Assembly: GCF_006345805.1 (NCBI RefSeq)
Contig: NC_043009.1
Location: 53,940,001 to 54,004,000 of the forward strand
Source of the DNA: Octopus sinensis
Lineage: Eukaryota
DNA: 64,000 nt
Direction of reading: 5' to 3'
Part shown: positions 51,291-64,000 of the stretch, one piece after another
Numbering within the stretch: the first letter of the stretch is position 1
Layout: every line of letters begins with the position of its first letter
Notes under the pieces: generated by a model
The model's input: the letters and a program-made list of their open reading frames with translations, nothing else
What the model was told of the DNA's origin: nothing
The model's database searches: none
Program-made: the position numbers and the translations under genes

Positions 51291-52234
51291 TTCCCGTTTT
51301 TTTGGGGGTTTTTTTTTAGCTTATTTGTTTTGAAAAGAAGGTGGGTATGATATGAACAGAGAAGAAGCTACCTTATTTCGATGTTCAAATGAACAACTTA
51401 GTAAATGCTTCCAAGGAAAGTACTGTTTTGCTAAATTGCGTTTGACTGGAAAATTAGCCACAACCATTAAAAAGCATTCTTCGCTTCTGTTTCGTTTTCT
51501 TCGCCCACATATTATACCATCTTATTTCTCTTCTGTTATTCTTCAAGATTGATGCCTAATTAACTCTTGCCAATATTCTTTACAAAGTATTTCGCTTATA
51601 CTAAAGCTTCTTAATTTTCTTTCTACTATATTTCTTTTCTACTACTGTTGAATTCTTTACATTTTTTATTTTATTTTGTATAACATTGATGTTGTTCTCG
51701 TTATTATGTTGTTGTTGTTGTTGTTCCTGTTGTTGTTATTGTTTCCGCGACTGTTTTCTTATTTCTTTTATTTTTTTTTGTCTCTGTTGTTACTTTCACT
51801 TTTCTTCTTCTCCCAACAATTATACATTTTCTTGTTTTTGTTGTTCTGCAAACTTTGATTCAATTTATTTATTTATTTATTTATTTAGTTATTTATTTAT
51901 TGTTATTGACACATGCTTCGGTATATTTGAATTTTTATTCATGTATTCTCTTTTTGTTTGTCGATTTAGATAGTGAAGTACAGGTTTTTGTTCTTTTTTT
52001 TATTGCTGCATGGCTTCATTTGTTTCTCCTTATGCTAATTTTTTTTGTTTGTTTGCGATGTGTGTTTGATTTAGAGGAGAGAAAAAAATCTACTGATTGC
52101 TGGGCGGTTTATTTATATGTTTATTTATTATGTATTTATTATTTAGTTTTTAAGATGTTTGATATTTATTTATTTAATCTAATCAGTTTTAGGGGATGTG
52201 ATTTCGATATCAAAGCACCGATTCGAGGTCGAAT

Positions 52235-52435
52235 GCTGTCAGATTCGTTACCGCGTTGGACAAAATGCTTAGCGGCATTTCTTCTGATTTTGTGCTCTAA
52301 GTTCAAATGCTACCAAGACGTGCTATGCCTTACATTCATTTTGGGGTCGATAAAATACATACCAATTAAGTACCAGAATTTTTGTTATAGACTAGCCCCT
52401 CCCACAAAATTTTTCAAGCCTTGTTCCTATAGGGA
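52235..52435 (+). mobile_element. Degenerate SINE-C (type-2 tail)
   Basis: aaaatgcttagcggcattt...aagttcaaat...ggggtcgataaaata...aagccttgttcctatag. Confidence 0.7.
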
Positions 52436-52449
52436 AATCGAATATTAAT

Positions 52450-52712
52450 ATACCGTTAACGAGTCGGACAAAATTCTTTGCGTTATACCTTCCGACTCTG
52501 TAAGTTCTGAATTCAAATTCCGCTGAGGTCGACTTTGCCTTACATTCTTTCAGTGTCGATAAAATAAGTACCATTCATGTACTGGGTTAGATGTAACCGA
52601 CATTCCACATCCACTGAAAGTTGGTGGCTTCTGACAAAATTTTTAAGGAAATGCGGTGCTCCGGCATGACCGTAGTCCAAGGTCAGAAACATGTAAAAGA
52701 ATGAAAAAATAT
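52450..52712 (+). mobile_element. SINE-C body joined to a SINE-A-type 3' end
   Basis: gaggtcgactttgcctt...gtcgataaaataagtacc followed by gcggtgctccggcatgaccgtagtc...gaaacatgtaaaagaat. Confidence 0.7.
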
Positions 52713-53659
52713 TAATATTTGCAGAAATCGTCATGATGTTGACCAGCTTGACTTGAAGCATTCGGTCTAGGTCCCATATCTCAAATCCCACATCAGTAAA
52801 TATCAGTTAGACTTGGGGCTCGTTATATCTATTAATCACACACTCTTGCACATTTCTATCTATCTATCTATCAATCTATCTTTTTTTATTTTACCTATAA
52901 TTTTGAAATTTGGCATTAATTTGATCAAGCAACACACTACTGATCATTGGAAAATCCACAGTTTTCGTAACAAGTGTTCTTGCTGCTGCTGCAGGTGTTG
53001 TTGTTGTTGTTGTTTGGTGTTGTTGTTGTTGTTGTTGTTGTTTTTGGTGGTGGTGGTGGTGGTCGTGGTGGTCGTGGTCGTGGTGGTCGTGGTCGTGGTC
53101 GTGGTCGTGGTGGTCGTGGTACTAGAGGAAATCGTGGTGATGGAGGTGTTTATGGTGGTGGTTCTGATTTCGAAATTCAGATTCTGAGAATGAAGAATTG
53201 GTAGTTCAGAGATTAATATGGTGGTGGTGGTGGGGGCTACTGCTGATGGTGCTGGTGCTGGTGGTGCTGTTGCTGGTGGTGGTGGCGGTGCTACTACTGC
53301 TAGATGCGATTGTGATGATAGTGATATAGATGGTGGTGGTGGTACTAATATTAATGAGTTTAGGGTTCGAATTTGTGATGGCGCGGATAGAATGGTTTGA
53401 TTTAAGATATTGGCAAGAGGAGTGGGTGGAGGTGGGAGTAGAAAGAGAGAATTTATAGCAATTATGAAAGTGATTGTAATTGGAATTGGTTGTGGGAGGA
53501 GTGATAGAGTGGTGTTAATTTAATGTTCATGGCATTGCTGTTGTTCATATTATTATTATTATTTTTGTACGTGTTCGTATCGTCTTTGATGATTTTTTTA
53601 ATGATAATGGTTAAGATTTTGAGGGGAGGGGCATGCCGAATACTCGCCTCTCGTACATG

Positions 53660-53790
53660 AGTGGTAATTATTTAATCGACCCCGAAAGAATGTAAAGCGA
53701 AGTCGATCTCGGCGGAATTTGAACTTGGATTATACGGTGCCGGAAGATGTTTTCTCCGACGTGCTAACGATTCTGTCTTGAATCGATAAA
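53660..53790 (-). mobile_element. SINE-C fragment
   Basis: atcgaccccgaaagaatg...gtcgatctcggcggaatttgaact...gtgctaacgattctg. Confidence 0.8.
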
Positions 53791-53882
53791 TTAAAATACA
53801 TTTTATTAATGGGAATATATTCTGTGATATATGACGATCAGGTAAATTTTTTCGACATTGTTCATATGAAGGGTGATGAATT

Positions 53883-54276
53883 ATGGCTGTGTGGTAAGTA
53901 GCTTGTTTACAAATCACATGGTTCCGGGTTCAGTCCCACTGCGTGGCACCTTGGGCAAGTATCTTCTACTATAGCCTCGGGCCGACCAAAGCCTTGTGAT
54001 TGGATTTGGTAGACGGAAACTGAAAGAAGCTCGTCATATATGTGTATATATATATATATGTGTGTGTGTGTCTGCGTTTGTCCCCCTAGCATTGCTTGAC
54101 AACCGATGCTGGTGTGTTTATGTCCCCGTTACTTAGCGGTTCGGCAAAAGAGACCGATAGAATAAGTACTGGGCTTACAAAAGAATAAGTCCCGGAGTCG
54201 AGTTGCTCGATTAAAGGTGGTGCTCTAGCATGGCCGCAGTCAAATGACTGAAACAAGAAAAAGAATAAAAGAGAGT
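53883..54276 (+). mobile_element. SINE-A, full-length tRNA-derived CORE-like SINE
   Basis: A-box-like TGGCTGTGTGG, B box ggttcagtcc 53927-53936, CORE-like ccttgggcaagt, internal (TA/TG)n, 3' tail ending aaagag repeats. Confidence 0.92.
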
Positions 54277-54311
54277 ATCGTAAGATTATATTTTTAATAA
54301 TAGAGGTAAGT

Positions 54312-54506
54312 AAGGTGGCGAGCTGACAGGATCGTTATCACAACGGGCAAAATACCTAGGGACATTTCGCCCGTCTTTACGTTCTCAATTTAAATTCCGT
54401 TATCTTTCCAGGGTCGATAAAAGAAGTACCAGTTGAGCACCAGGGTTCATATAATCGACTCAACCCCTTCCCCGAATATTTGCTGGCCTTCTGCCAAAGT
54501 TTGAAG
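54312..54506 (+). mobile_element. SINE-C (type-2 tail)
   Basis: aaggtggcgagctgacaggatcgtta head; gggtcgataaaagaagtaccagtt; gctggccttctgccaaagtttgaa. Confidence 0.85.
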
Positions 54507-54556
54507 TACATGTACGTCGTAAGATATCTTATGTGACATACTATTGGGAATACACA

Positions 54557-54870
54557 TATGACATACAATTTACGGTACATATATGACATGTTATCAGCAT
54601 GAATCATGTTACGACGTCTTAAGTAATTTATATATGACCTATTATTATCAATACACTCGCTATGACTTGCTATTACGAATATCCATGTTATGACACATCA
54701 TTAACAATTCAGAAGTTGCAACACACTATGAACGATACACATGAAAAGGTACGGCATTAGCGATCTAATTTATATATAGTTATTAGAAATATTCATTTTA
54801 TGACATGTCATTAGTAGTATAATGTTATGACACGTCATTAACAGTGAAAAAAAGCTATGAAATACCATTA
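54557..54870. repeat. Degenerate ~27-bp minisatellite built on TATGAC-nn-GTCATTA
   Basis: TATGAC or variants at 54557, 54582, 54610, 54633, 54661, 54689, 54727, 54799, 54826, 54856. Confidence 0.7.
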
Positions 54871-57286
54871 AGAATATGCTTCAAAAAATATTTCTTAAGC
54901 AAAACAAATGATAGAGAATGCTAGATCTTCTCACAAAGAATGCCCCTTCGATTTAATATTTAACGATTTTCAGTACTAATTACTGAAATATGTTAATTAA
55001 TACACACCCTAACCCCATCACACACACGTGTATGCCCATGTGCTTGTATTTACATTATGCCTATGGGTTTATCTGCATGTATGTGAGTGTCCGTGTGAGG
55101 GGCGTGTGAGTACGTATGTGTTGTTGTATGTGTGTATATGTGTAAGTGCTCGTGTGTGCAAGTTTATATTTTGGTCTGCAATATAGATGTGTACGTGTGC
55201 ATGTACGCATGTATGTATCCATGTATGTATGCATGGAAGCATGCATGCATGAATGCATGTATGATGCATGTATGTATGCGTGTATGCATGCATGTATGAA
55301 TGTTTGTATGAATGTATGTATACATATACATGTCTGAATGTATGTATGTATATATATATGTGTATGTATGTATGTATGTATGTGTGTATGTATGCCTGTA
55401 TATATGTACCGGCATATGAGTCTTCAAAGATGTATTCATATGCGTATATGTGTGCATGTGTAGAAGTATGGATGTATGTATACAAATATATGTGTGGGTG
55501 TATGTGTGGGTTCCTGTGTGTGTGCGCGCGCCTCTGTGTATCTGTGTATGCATGTGTGTGCGTATGTGTGTCTGCTTGTGCGCATGTCTGATTTAATACA
55601 CGAATCTTTCCAATATAGAAGCGAAACTGAACAGAAAAATTGTTGACATACAACAATGTTTCCAGTACGATCGATAGAATATCGATCAGAAATATTGGCA
55701 CATGAGAAATATAACCAATTGAATCGACCTTGTGCATGTTTAGTAATCTATTTTATCGATCCGGCAGGTATTGAATGGAAAATGGAAAACAAAGAATACT
55801 GGGGCAATTTGGATGCAATACTCGGATATTACACAATGCCGTGGAACCTTTGGTACGGGGCCGCACACTTTCCCCTGATCAGTAAAAGTTCAGTATGTTA
55901 TTTAGCAGCAAGTATATTTGTTGATGTTCTTGTTGTTGTAGGCTTTTATTGTTTCTGAAGATGAAGGGCAAATCCATGGACATTTTTCGGTGATTCCGTT
56001 AATGGTGGAAAGATGGAGGGAGGAAGGAAGGAAGGAAGGATCAAGGTGAGAATGAATGGATGGAAGGAAGAAAGAAAGGAAGAAATGAAAGAATGAAGGT
56101 AGGGAGCAAGGAAGAAAGAAAGGAAGGATGGATGGTTGAATGGTTGAATGGCTGGATGCTGCATTCAGAGAAACACAACTAGTAGTAGTAGTAGTAGTTG
56201 TTGTTGTTGTTGTTGTCGTTGTTGTTGTTTAGCCAGTTTAGACTCTATCCCTCTCTCGTCCCACTTTGAGCAAGCGTATGATGAAATTCCTCCCAGGCGA
56301 CAACATCCCCTTTTATTTGTGTCTTTGGGTCGACATTTCACAACACCACTTTCAAAGTATTGTTTCCCAAACCTTTATGTATGAGATTTGTAACCTGGTA
56401 GTTATTATTGGGTGTTTTAGGCGTAATGTAGTGGACTTTATAGTATTGGTGTTTCGCTTGTACTTTCCGTTTTATTTTTACAAGTTTTAGTCACTGGACA
56501 ACAACCTTGCAGGGACATCTCTGGCTGTTTTGTAGAACAAGTCATCTCACTACATATTCTGATTTTAAGTTTGATAAATATTCTACCTCTGTCTTTTGCT
56601 GAACCGCTAAATTACAGAGACGTGAAAAAAACACTGGTTATCAAATGGGCGAAGAATTGAATAGAGACATAAATATATAAGAAACGTTGGGAAGATACCA
56701 GTAGATGCTTCTTACATCATTTTGCATACAGTCATAGACAGCGATTTCGCTTGCACCTGGCTTCATTTCGATTACGCGGCATTAACAAGTCACAAGCATG
56801 TCGAAACATCGATGTCTATCGCTCCTGAAACAGGACTTGATGAGAGTTATCGCGTTTGTCTATAGCTTCTTAGTGTTTTAACACGCGGTGAATTGATGAG
56901 AATATACTCTCCTACGCCTATAATCGCAGTCTGCCCGCGAAATGATAAAACACATACCTTGTGCCTGTGTGTATTATATATATATATATATAAACAACTT
57001 ACAAACAAGGGCACAACAAAAATTAATCACGAAATTGTTTCAATATAGAAATAACGAACTTTAAAAAAAATTCTGTTGGCTAGCTTTCCTCGATTTCAGC
57101 ACGACGTGTATCTATAGTGAATGTATATTACAAATGTGGAAATTGACGATTTAAAGTCTGTTCTCAGGATATTGGCATCGAAATAATTTTTCTTTTGCCC
57201 TTGCTTATAATTTAAACTTTAGAGTTATTTTAATATGCTGCCACTTTTGATGAAATTTTTTGTGAAAAACATGTTATCCTATATTA

Positions 57287-57326
<40 letters not shown>

Positions 57327-57493
57327 ATGTATGTATGTATGTATGTATGTATGTATGTATGTATGCATGCATGTATGAATGTATGTATGTATGTATGTGT
57401 ATGTATGTATGTATGTATGTATGTATGTATGTATGAATGTATGTATGTATGAATGTACGTATGTATGTGTGCATGTATGCTTGCATGCATGTA

Positions 57494-57966
57494 TACCCGT
57501 CTGATAAGGGTACGCCAGACACATGCATCACAACTATATGTGTACGGTATGGTGACCTTATATCAAGATATCAGCGCATTACCTTGCAGTTGGAGCCTAG
57601 TTAGAACTTTCTTTACGTTGAGTAGTCTATCCCGCTCAAAAGATCCCTGAATAAGGGTTAAGGATGATGAACAAAAATCCCCATGTTTCCAGGGGTGAAA
57701 CATTCAAACACCAAATAATTCCTCTCATCACATGGCTATGATGCTCCCCACTACTCCTGTTCGTTATAAGTTTCTAAGAGGCATTTTCAGTCACTAAGTG
57801 TCATGCTCAACTGGTTAAGGTCAAGCAACTGACAATCAAGTTTATGGTATTGAGCAGAATATTTGCTGTAACCCATTTTTTGTAACACCAAAACAATCAT
57901 GTACAAGAAAACACTTCCAACCAGTTATGATCAGAAGCCATGAGAGCCAATGCCTCAGGGAATTTA
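57494..57966 (-). mobile_element. Family D, older diverged copy with the longest 5' end
   Basis: Colinear with 58049-58540 and extends to atcagaagccatgagagccaatgcctcaggg. Confidence 0.88.
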
Positions 57967-57999
57967 TCATTATTATTATTATTATTATTATTATCATTA

Positions 58000-58048
<49 letters not shown>

Positions 58049-58051
<3 letters not shown>

Positions 58052-58540
58052 GAGTGAGAGAGCAGTTCATGCCATCAAAGTGACACTGGGGTAAAATACA
58101 CGAAGCCCAATATACCCATCATGACTACCCGTCTGATAAAGGTACACCAGGCACATGCATCACAACCATATGTGCGCGACATGGTGATCTCATATCAAGA
58201 TAACAGCACATACCTTGCAGGTGGGGCCCAGTTAGAATTTTCTTCAGGTTGAGTAGCCCATCCCGCTCAAACGGTCCCTGAATAAGGGTTGTTTAAGGAT
58301 GTTGAAAGAAACACCCATGTTTCCAGAGGTGAAATATTCAAACCCCAAAGAATCCCTCTCAACACATGGCTATGATGCTCCCCACTACTTCTGCTCGTGA
58401 TCAGAGATGCACATATCGTCAGCCACTAAGGGACATGCTCAACTGGTTAAGGTCAAACAACTGACAAGCAAATCTGTGGTATTGAGCAGAATATTTGCTG
58501 TAGCCCATCTTTTATACCAAGACAAAACAATGTACATGAT
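58049..58540 (-). mobile_element. Family D, young copy in (ATT)n
   Basis: Near-identical to the reverse complement of 15948-16419; (ATT)n on both flanks. Confidence 0.92.
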
Positions 58541-59009
58541 ATTATTATTATTATTATTATTTTCATTATTATTATTATTTGATGACTAGGCATGTGCAAA
58601 TATGTTGAACATCTTTAACCTATTTTATAGTTACAAATATATGTACAACTTTTTTCATATTGAGGTTATTCGTTGAACTTTGCTGAGCTATTTTATTAGA
58701 GTTTTTTCTCGAATGTGTATTTCATAAAACATGCAATAAGCATTTTTAGCTAGCTATTGCTATTTGAAAAAAAAAATGTATTATTAAAGAATATATCCCC
58801 TGTGAGAACTTGAAACAATTAACACATAAAAATCTAGTCCGTGTCCCATCGGCTATATTTTAGCTTCTTTAAGCGTACTTTATTTGGTTTTTTTCATTTC
58901 ATTTTCAAATCACTTTGCTGCTAGTGGCCTGCAAATTAAAAATATTATTAAACAAAGTATATATATATATATATACATACACACAAATACACACACACAC
59001 ACACACACG

Positions 59010-59040
<31 letters not shown>

Positions 59041-59399
59041 TATATATATATATATATATACATAGACATGTATGTGCGTGTTCTGTGTGTGCTCTGTGTT
59101 TGGGTTTCTGTGTGTGTATGTGTGTGTGTGCGTGTTCTGTGTGTGTGTGTGTGTTTCCCTGTGTGTATGTGTGTGTGTGATATGATTTTTTTCATGATGC
59201 AAAAGCTGCCTGGTACAAGTAACAAATACACAAGCTCAGGCTCTTGCACAGCAATCAAGCCACAGAAACATGCCTCTTATTCTATATACATTTATAACCA
59301 CTCACTCACTCACACACGCATACACACACATACGTATACTCATAATATTTAGTAATCCATGCATATGTGTGTATACATAGATGTATCTTATATATTTTA

Positions 59400-59600
59400 G
59401 TTGTATCAGTTATTAGACTGCGGCCACGCTGGGGCACCACCTCAAAGTACGTTTAGTCGAATGAATCGACCCCAGTACTTATTGTTTTTTTTAAGCTTGG
59501 TACTTATCCAAGGGGAACGTAAATACACCAGCACCGGTTGCGAATTGGTTGTTGGGGACAAGCTCAGACACAAAGACACACACACACATAGGTATATACA
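59400..59600 (-). mobile_element. SINE-A 3' half
   Basis: gactgcggccacgctggggcaccacc...atcgaccccagtacttatt...acaccagcaccggttg. Confidence 0.75.
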
Positions 59601-60012
59601 TATATGTGAATGTACATGATGTGACACAGAATGAAAAAGTGATGCAACACTGTATGACGCACAGCATCTCATTCATAAGGGACAGTCACGGATGGGTCGA
59701 AACGATCCTTGTGGAAAATAAGGAGTTATACCAAATCCGTCTTCAGTTGATCCAACGGAATATGCCTTATCTGCGGATAGCACCAGGTAGCCCAAAACTG
59801 TGCCAATGCTTTACTCAGCATATCAGCATACTAATTGATAAGTACCGTTTAGTCCAAAAATATTACAGATAGGTAGATAGATAGATAGATAGATAGATAG
59901 AGAGATAGATAGATAGATACATAGATACATAGATAGATAGACAGATAGATAGATAGACACACATATAGATAGACAAATAGACAGACACATAAATAGGTAG
60001 ATAGATTGATTG

Positions 60013-60057
<45 letters not shown>

Positions 60058-61446
60058 CTGATTGATAAATAGAGGCAGTCAGAGCGAGAGAAAGAGAGAG
60101 AGAGAGAGATCGTGAGAGAGATCGTGAGGGAAAGAGAGGGAGAGATGTGCATGTTTTCATATATGCGCGCGCGTGTATTTGTGTGTGAGAGTGTGAACAT
60201 ATGGTGTATATTTCAATGCTTGAATACTTAAGGATTTTGCTCCGATATCACGTAGTCCCATTACATCTTACCTTGAGTAAGTGTCTTTCTTTATTGCCTC
60301 GGCCTGATACATTTGTTGGGAATGAAATTGGATACACGGAAACGGTGAACGTTATACATTAGACTATGCTTTTAATAAACAATTCTAGCTTTATTAAGTA
60401 TGCCTCTAATTAAGTATGATTCTAATGAAAATGACGCTATGGTTACACGGCTCTGTGAAATACTCAAACATTCTACAGAATCTAATTCAATGAATAGATA
60501 TTTCTCTTGATGAATCGACTTCATACTCATCGTCGAAATCAACGGAGATCCAGTTATGTTTCCAGTCATATAGGCATGTGTTCATGTATTTTAAGAAGTA
60601 AACGTATGTGTAATTATTTGACGTTTAGAAAAGAACATATTTTCAGAATGATCATTACATTTTTAGTAATTAACATGGCGATTAAAAGCTGATGATGATG
60701 ATGATGATAATGATAATGGTGGTGGTCGTCATCGTCGTAGTGGTCGTGGTCGTGGTCGTGGTCGTGGTGGAGGAGGTGGTGGTTGTGGTGATGGTGGTAG
60801 TTGTGGTGATGGTGGTGGTCGTGGTGATGGTGGTGGTCGTGGTGATCATTTTATTACTAATAATAATAATAATAACAACAACAACAACAACAACAATAAT
60901 AATAATAATAATAATGATAAAAACAATGGTGGCAATAAGCATAATAATGTTGATAAAAGCAATAAGGAAACGATTCAACATTTGAAGAATAAAAATTTAA
61001 TTTTGTAGGAAATTTTAGAGCTAAGTTGTACATATGTGAGGTAATTCAGTTGTAATAAATGAATTATATATTAGTTAATTTTCTGTTTCAGATATCCCCT
61101 TAAGGAACCATAATATAAATTTATTACAAGCCAGAAATATATCGAGGAAGCAGCTACAAATGTGGTAGCAATAATAACAGTAGGAGTTACAGCAAATTTA
61201 AAGTGACATATATTGTCTCCCTTACTTTCCCCTCTCTGTATTATAGTAATTAGTCTAAAACGGTATCCGTCGTTGAGCTAACATTGCCTTTTCCTCGTTG
61301 TGTAATTATTTTTAATTAGAGTGTTGTTACTCACTACGTTAAATATGTTAACATTAACTTAAATATAATGCTTCATGCGGATGACGTTAGCGGATAATTT
61401 AATTTAGCGTTTTATATGAAATCTTTTGTTGTTACAGAACGGATGA

Positions 61447-61555
61447 CGGAAGGATTGGTGAGGACATGATGTGGACATTTCTTTCCAGCCAATCACACCC
61501 CCCCTCCTTTCCTGCAGTCAATTTCCGGTGTAGGGAATGAGAAATCAGCTCCGGT
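61447..61555. promoter_or_regulatory. Candidate promoter/enhancer motif cluster (2 CCAAT, C-rich box, ETS-like sites)
   Basis: ATTGG 61454-61458, AGCCAATCA 61487-61495, cccccctcc at about 61498-61507, CGGAAG 61447-61452, TTCCGGT 61523-61529. Motifs only. Confidence 0.25.
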
Positions 61556-61862
61556 GTTTGACAAGTACTTTTTTCATTTGCCCCGAAATTATTAAAAGCA
61601 AAGTCACTACCTGAGTTCAAATCTCGCCAGTATCAATTGTTCCTGTTATTTTTATATTCAGCGGGTAGATAAAAAATACCAATCTAGCTTTTGACAAGTC
61701 CTGTGAAGAGTCTTCCGCCTCCATGTATTCTTTCTTCGGAATTAGGGATCTCATCAAAAAATATCCGCGACGGCATTGACATCAAACTGTACGTACCCAA
61801 ACCAGCAGCATTTTCGGATAAACATCGGTGTTATATAGAGAGAAATATGAGTATATGTTTAT

Positions 61863-62275
61863 TATTTCTTTACTGCCCACAAGGGGCTACACGCAGAGGG
61901 GACAAACAAGGACAGAAAAACGTATTAAGTCGATTATATCGACCCAGTGCGTAACTGGTACTTATTTAATCGACCTCAAAAAGATGAAAGGCAAAGTCGA
62001 CCTAGCCGGAATTTGAACTCAGAACGTTACGGCAGACGAAATACCTATTTCTTTTCTACCCACAAGGGGCTAAACACAGAGGACAAACAAGGACAGACAA
62101 ACGGATTAAGTCGATTATATCGACCCCAGTGCGTAACTGGTACTTATTTAATCGACCCCGAAAGGATGAAAGGCAAGTGGACCTCAGCGGAATTTGAACT
62201 CAGAACGTTGCGGCAGACGAAACAACGCTAAGCATTTCACCCGGCGAGCTAACGTTTCTGCCAGCTCGTCGCCTT
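61863..62275 (-). mobile_element. SINE-C dimer (two type-1 units)
   Basis: Same GGTATT junction (62040-62045) as the 46-kb dimer; ~181-bp period. Confidence 0.9.
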
Positions 62276-62600
62276 AAATGAGTATAAGTTTATGTCATCA
62301 TGTTTTTGTGCTAAAATAAAATAGCTGTCAAGTCTCCCCAACATCACACAGTAACGTCTTACATGTGCAGGTTGAATGCATTGACTTTCAAGAGCCAATG
62401 AAATGTGTTAAAAGCGAGAAGAGAGGAATGGACGCATTTGAAAGGTGTTTTGATTTTCGTTCTGCTTGATGAGAACTGAGCGCCAAAGAATAACAATAAC
62501 AGAAAATGCATGTTAGATAATACAGACCTGCAGACATTATGGAGATGAACGATTGGATAGTCAAGGCTGGAACGACCTTCTCTGTGCGCTTGTATGTTAA

Positions 62601-62811
62601 ATAATCCTTTCTAATTTAAGCACAAATTTTGGGCGCAGGGACTAGTCGATTACATCGGCCCCGGTGATTCACTGGTACTTAATTTATCGACCCCGAAAGG
62701 ATGAAAGGCAAAGACGACCTCGGCAGAATTTGAACTTAGTACGTAGCGGTAGAGGAAATATGGCTAAGCATTTATCCCGCTGTGCTAACGATTCTGCCAG
62801 GTCACCGCCTT
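62601..62811 (-). mobile_element. SINE-C (type-2 tail), near full length
   Basis: actggtacttaatttatcgaccccgaaaggatgaaaggcaaag...gctaacgattctgccaggtcaccgcctt. Confidence 0.88.
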
Positions 62812-62904
62812 TGTTTGTGAAATAATAACAAGAAGCACAAAGTTTCTGAAATACAAACCGCTTATATATCTGCGATTCAACTGAATTGACGCCCTCACTA
62901 TATA

Positions 62905-63122
62905 ATATAGAACCTTTACATAGTTCTCATGGAGATTCAGCGTAACACAGAATGTGATTAGGTTGGCCCTTTGAATTGCAGGTAAAATATATTTCTCCCA
63001 GCTGAATGACTCGGGCAACGTGAAATAAAATGTCTTGATCAAGGACACAACCCATAGCCCGGTCCGGGACTCGAGTCCTGAACTTACGACCATGAGCCGA
63101 ATAAACTAAGCCACGCACCTTC
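62905..63122 (-). mobile_element. SINE-B-related tRNA SINE with a different tail
   Basis: Reverse complement: aaggtgcgtggcttagt...ctcgagtcccggaccgggct...gtgtccttgatcaagacattttatttcacgttgc, matching the 7913 head and core. Confidence 0.75.
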
Positions 63123-64000
63123 TCTACGATCGCTATAATTCTCCATGTTAAATATCGTAAACGTTGTTTGAATGCATAAATCATCAATATACTTCTTAAT
63201 GTTGCATTCAAATCAAAAACTGTGAAATTAACAAAATTTCCTGTTGAAACCTTAGAAGCCAACTAATGGTTTTGATTGTAGGTTGCTCTAAATGCTAGAA
63301 ATAGCAGCAAATCTTTCTCATAAACAATTTGTTTCTAAAAAAAAATTCTGACGGTAACGGAACACACTGTCGAATGTATTTGTAAATATATAAAAGATTG
63401 GATAGGCATGGCAGGAATGGTTTCCATTATATATTGAATCAATCAAGCCTAGCTTGAAGCGACGCAACACATTTTATTTTTTTATTTTTAGATTGCAAGA
63501 TCTAAATATTTTCTCCCTTTGTTCCAAGAGAGAACAAAATCGATACATTTGATAAATGACAAATATCGATGTTTCAGACAGCGTGAAGACACGTGGTTTG
63601 TTTTCTTTAGTTGACGTGTTTTGATGTGAAGCAAAAGTGAGATAAAGCTTCACATGAACTTGTTGTTAATCCTTCCTATGGAACAATACCAGCTGTTCTG
63701 AAATATATTCACGTTATTTTAAATGTTATACACAGTAAAATATTCAGAGAGAAATGTCTGCAGGAGGTTTTGAAATCCAACTCTATTACAGTAGCAGAGA
63801 CGGTCACCCTACAATTTCGTCATCTTACGATTCATACGTGAACCCCTGAACAATGTAAGAATGAAATACAAGTCTCCATTTAGAGTCTTATAATAGTATC
63901 AACTCGTGTAATATTGTTGTTGATGATGATTACAATGTTGTTGTTGTGGTTGCTCTTGATATGGTCGTCGTTGTTGTGCTTGTTTAGACCTGATACTATA

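Noticed and set aside
54557-54870. CRISPR array
   Set aside because: Eukaryotic context, repeats too short and degenerate, irregular spacing, no cas genes.
59549-60569. ORFs 59549-59872 (+) and 60372-60569 (-)
   Set aside because: No recognisable domain or convincing splice sites; the first begins inside a SINE and microsatellite.

Overview
This is AT-rich, microsatellite-saturated eukaryotic DNA that looks intergenic or intronic. The SINE/LINE repertoire and repeat style suggest an Octopus (coleoid cephalopod) genome, which is an inference. I could not establish any host protein-coding gene; almost all ORF-track entries are translations of simple repeats or SINEs. The window is a mosaic of mobile elements (family labels A-E are mine). 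Three tRNA-headed SINE families are present: A and B are CORE-like, and C has a Deu/Nin-like domain. There are seven Dong/R4-type RLE-LINE remnants, an RTE LINE 5' end, two internally deleted mariners, a non-autonomous Helitron, a ~360-bp foldback, and a ~500-bp ORF-less family (D) found in (TAA)n tracts. The most interesting system is family E. It appears to be a Penelope-like-element terminal repeat that joins a tRNA-like Pol III A/B-box module, an (AAT)n spacer and a minimal hammerhead ribozyme. It has three hammerhead copies, and one is contiguous with a GIY-YIG remnant. Next most interesting is SINE-C, whose 3' end appears to prime at GGTAT sites and so nests into itself. Coordinates of degenerate elements are approximate (tens of bp).
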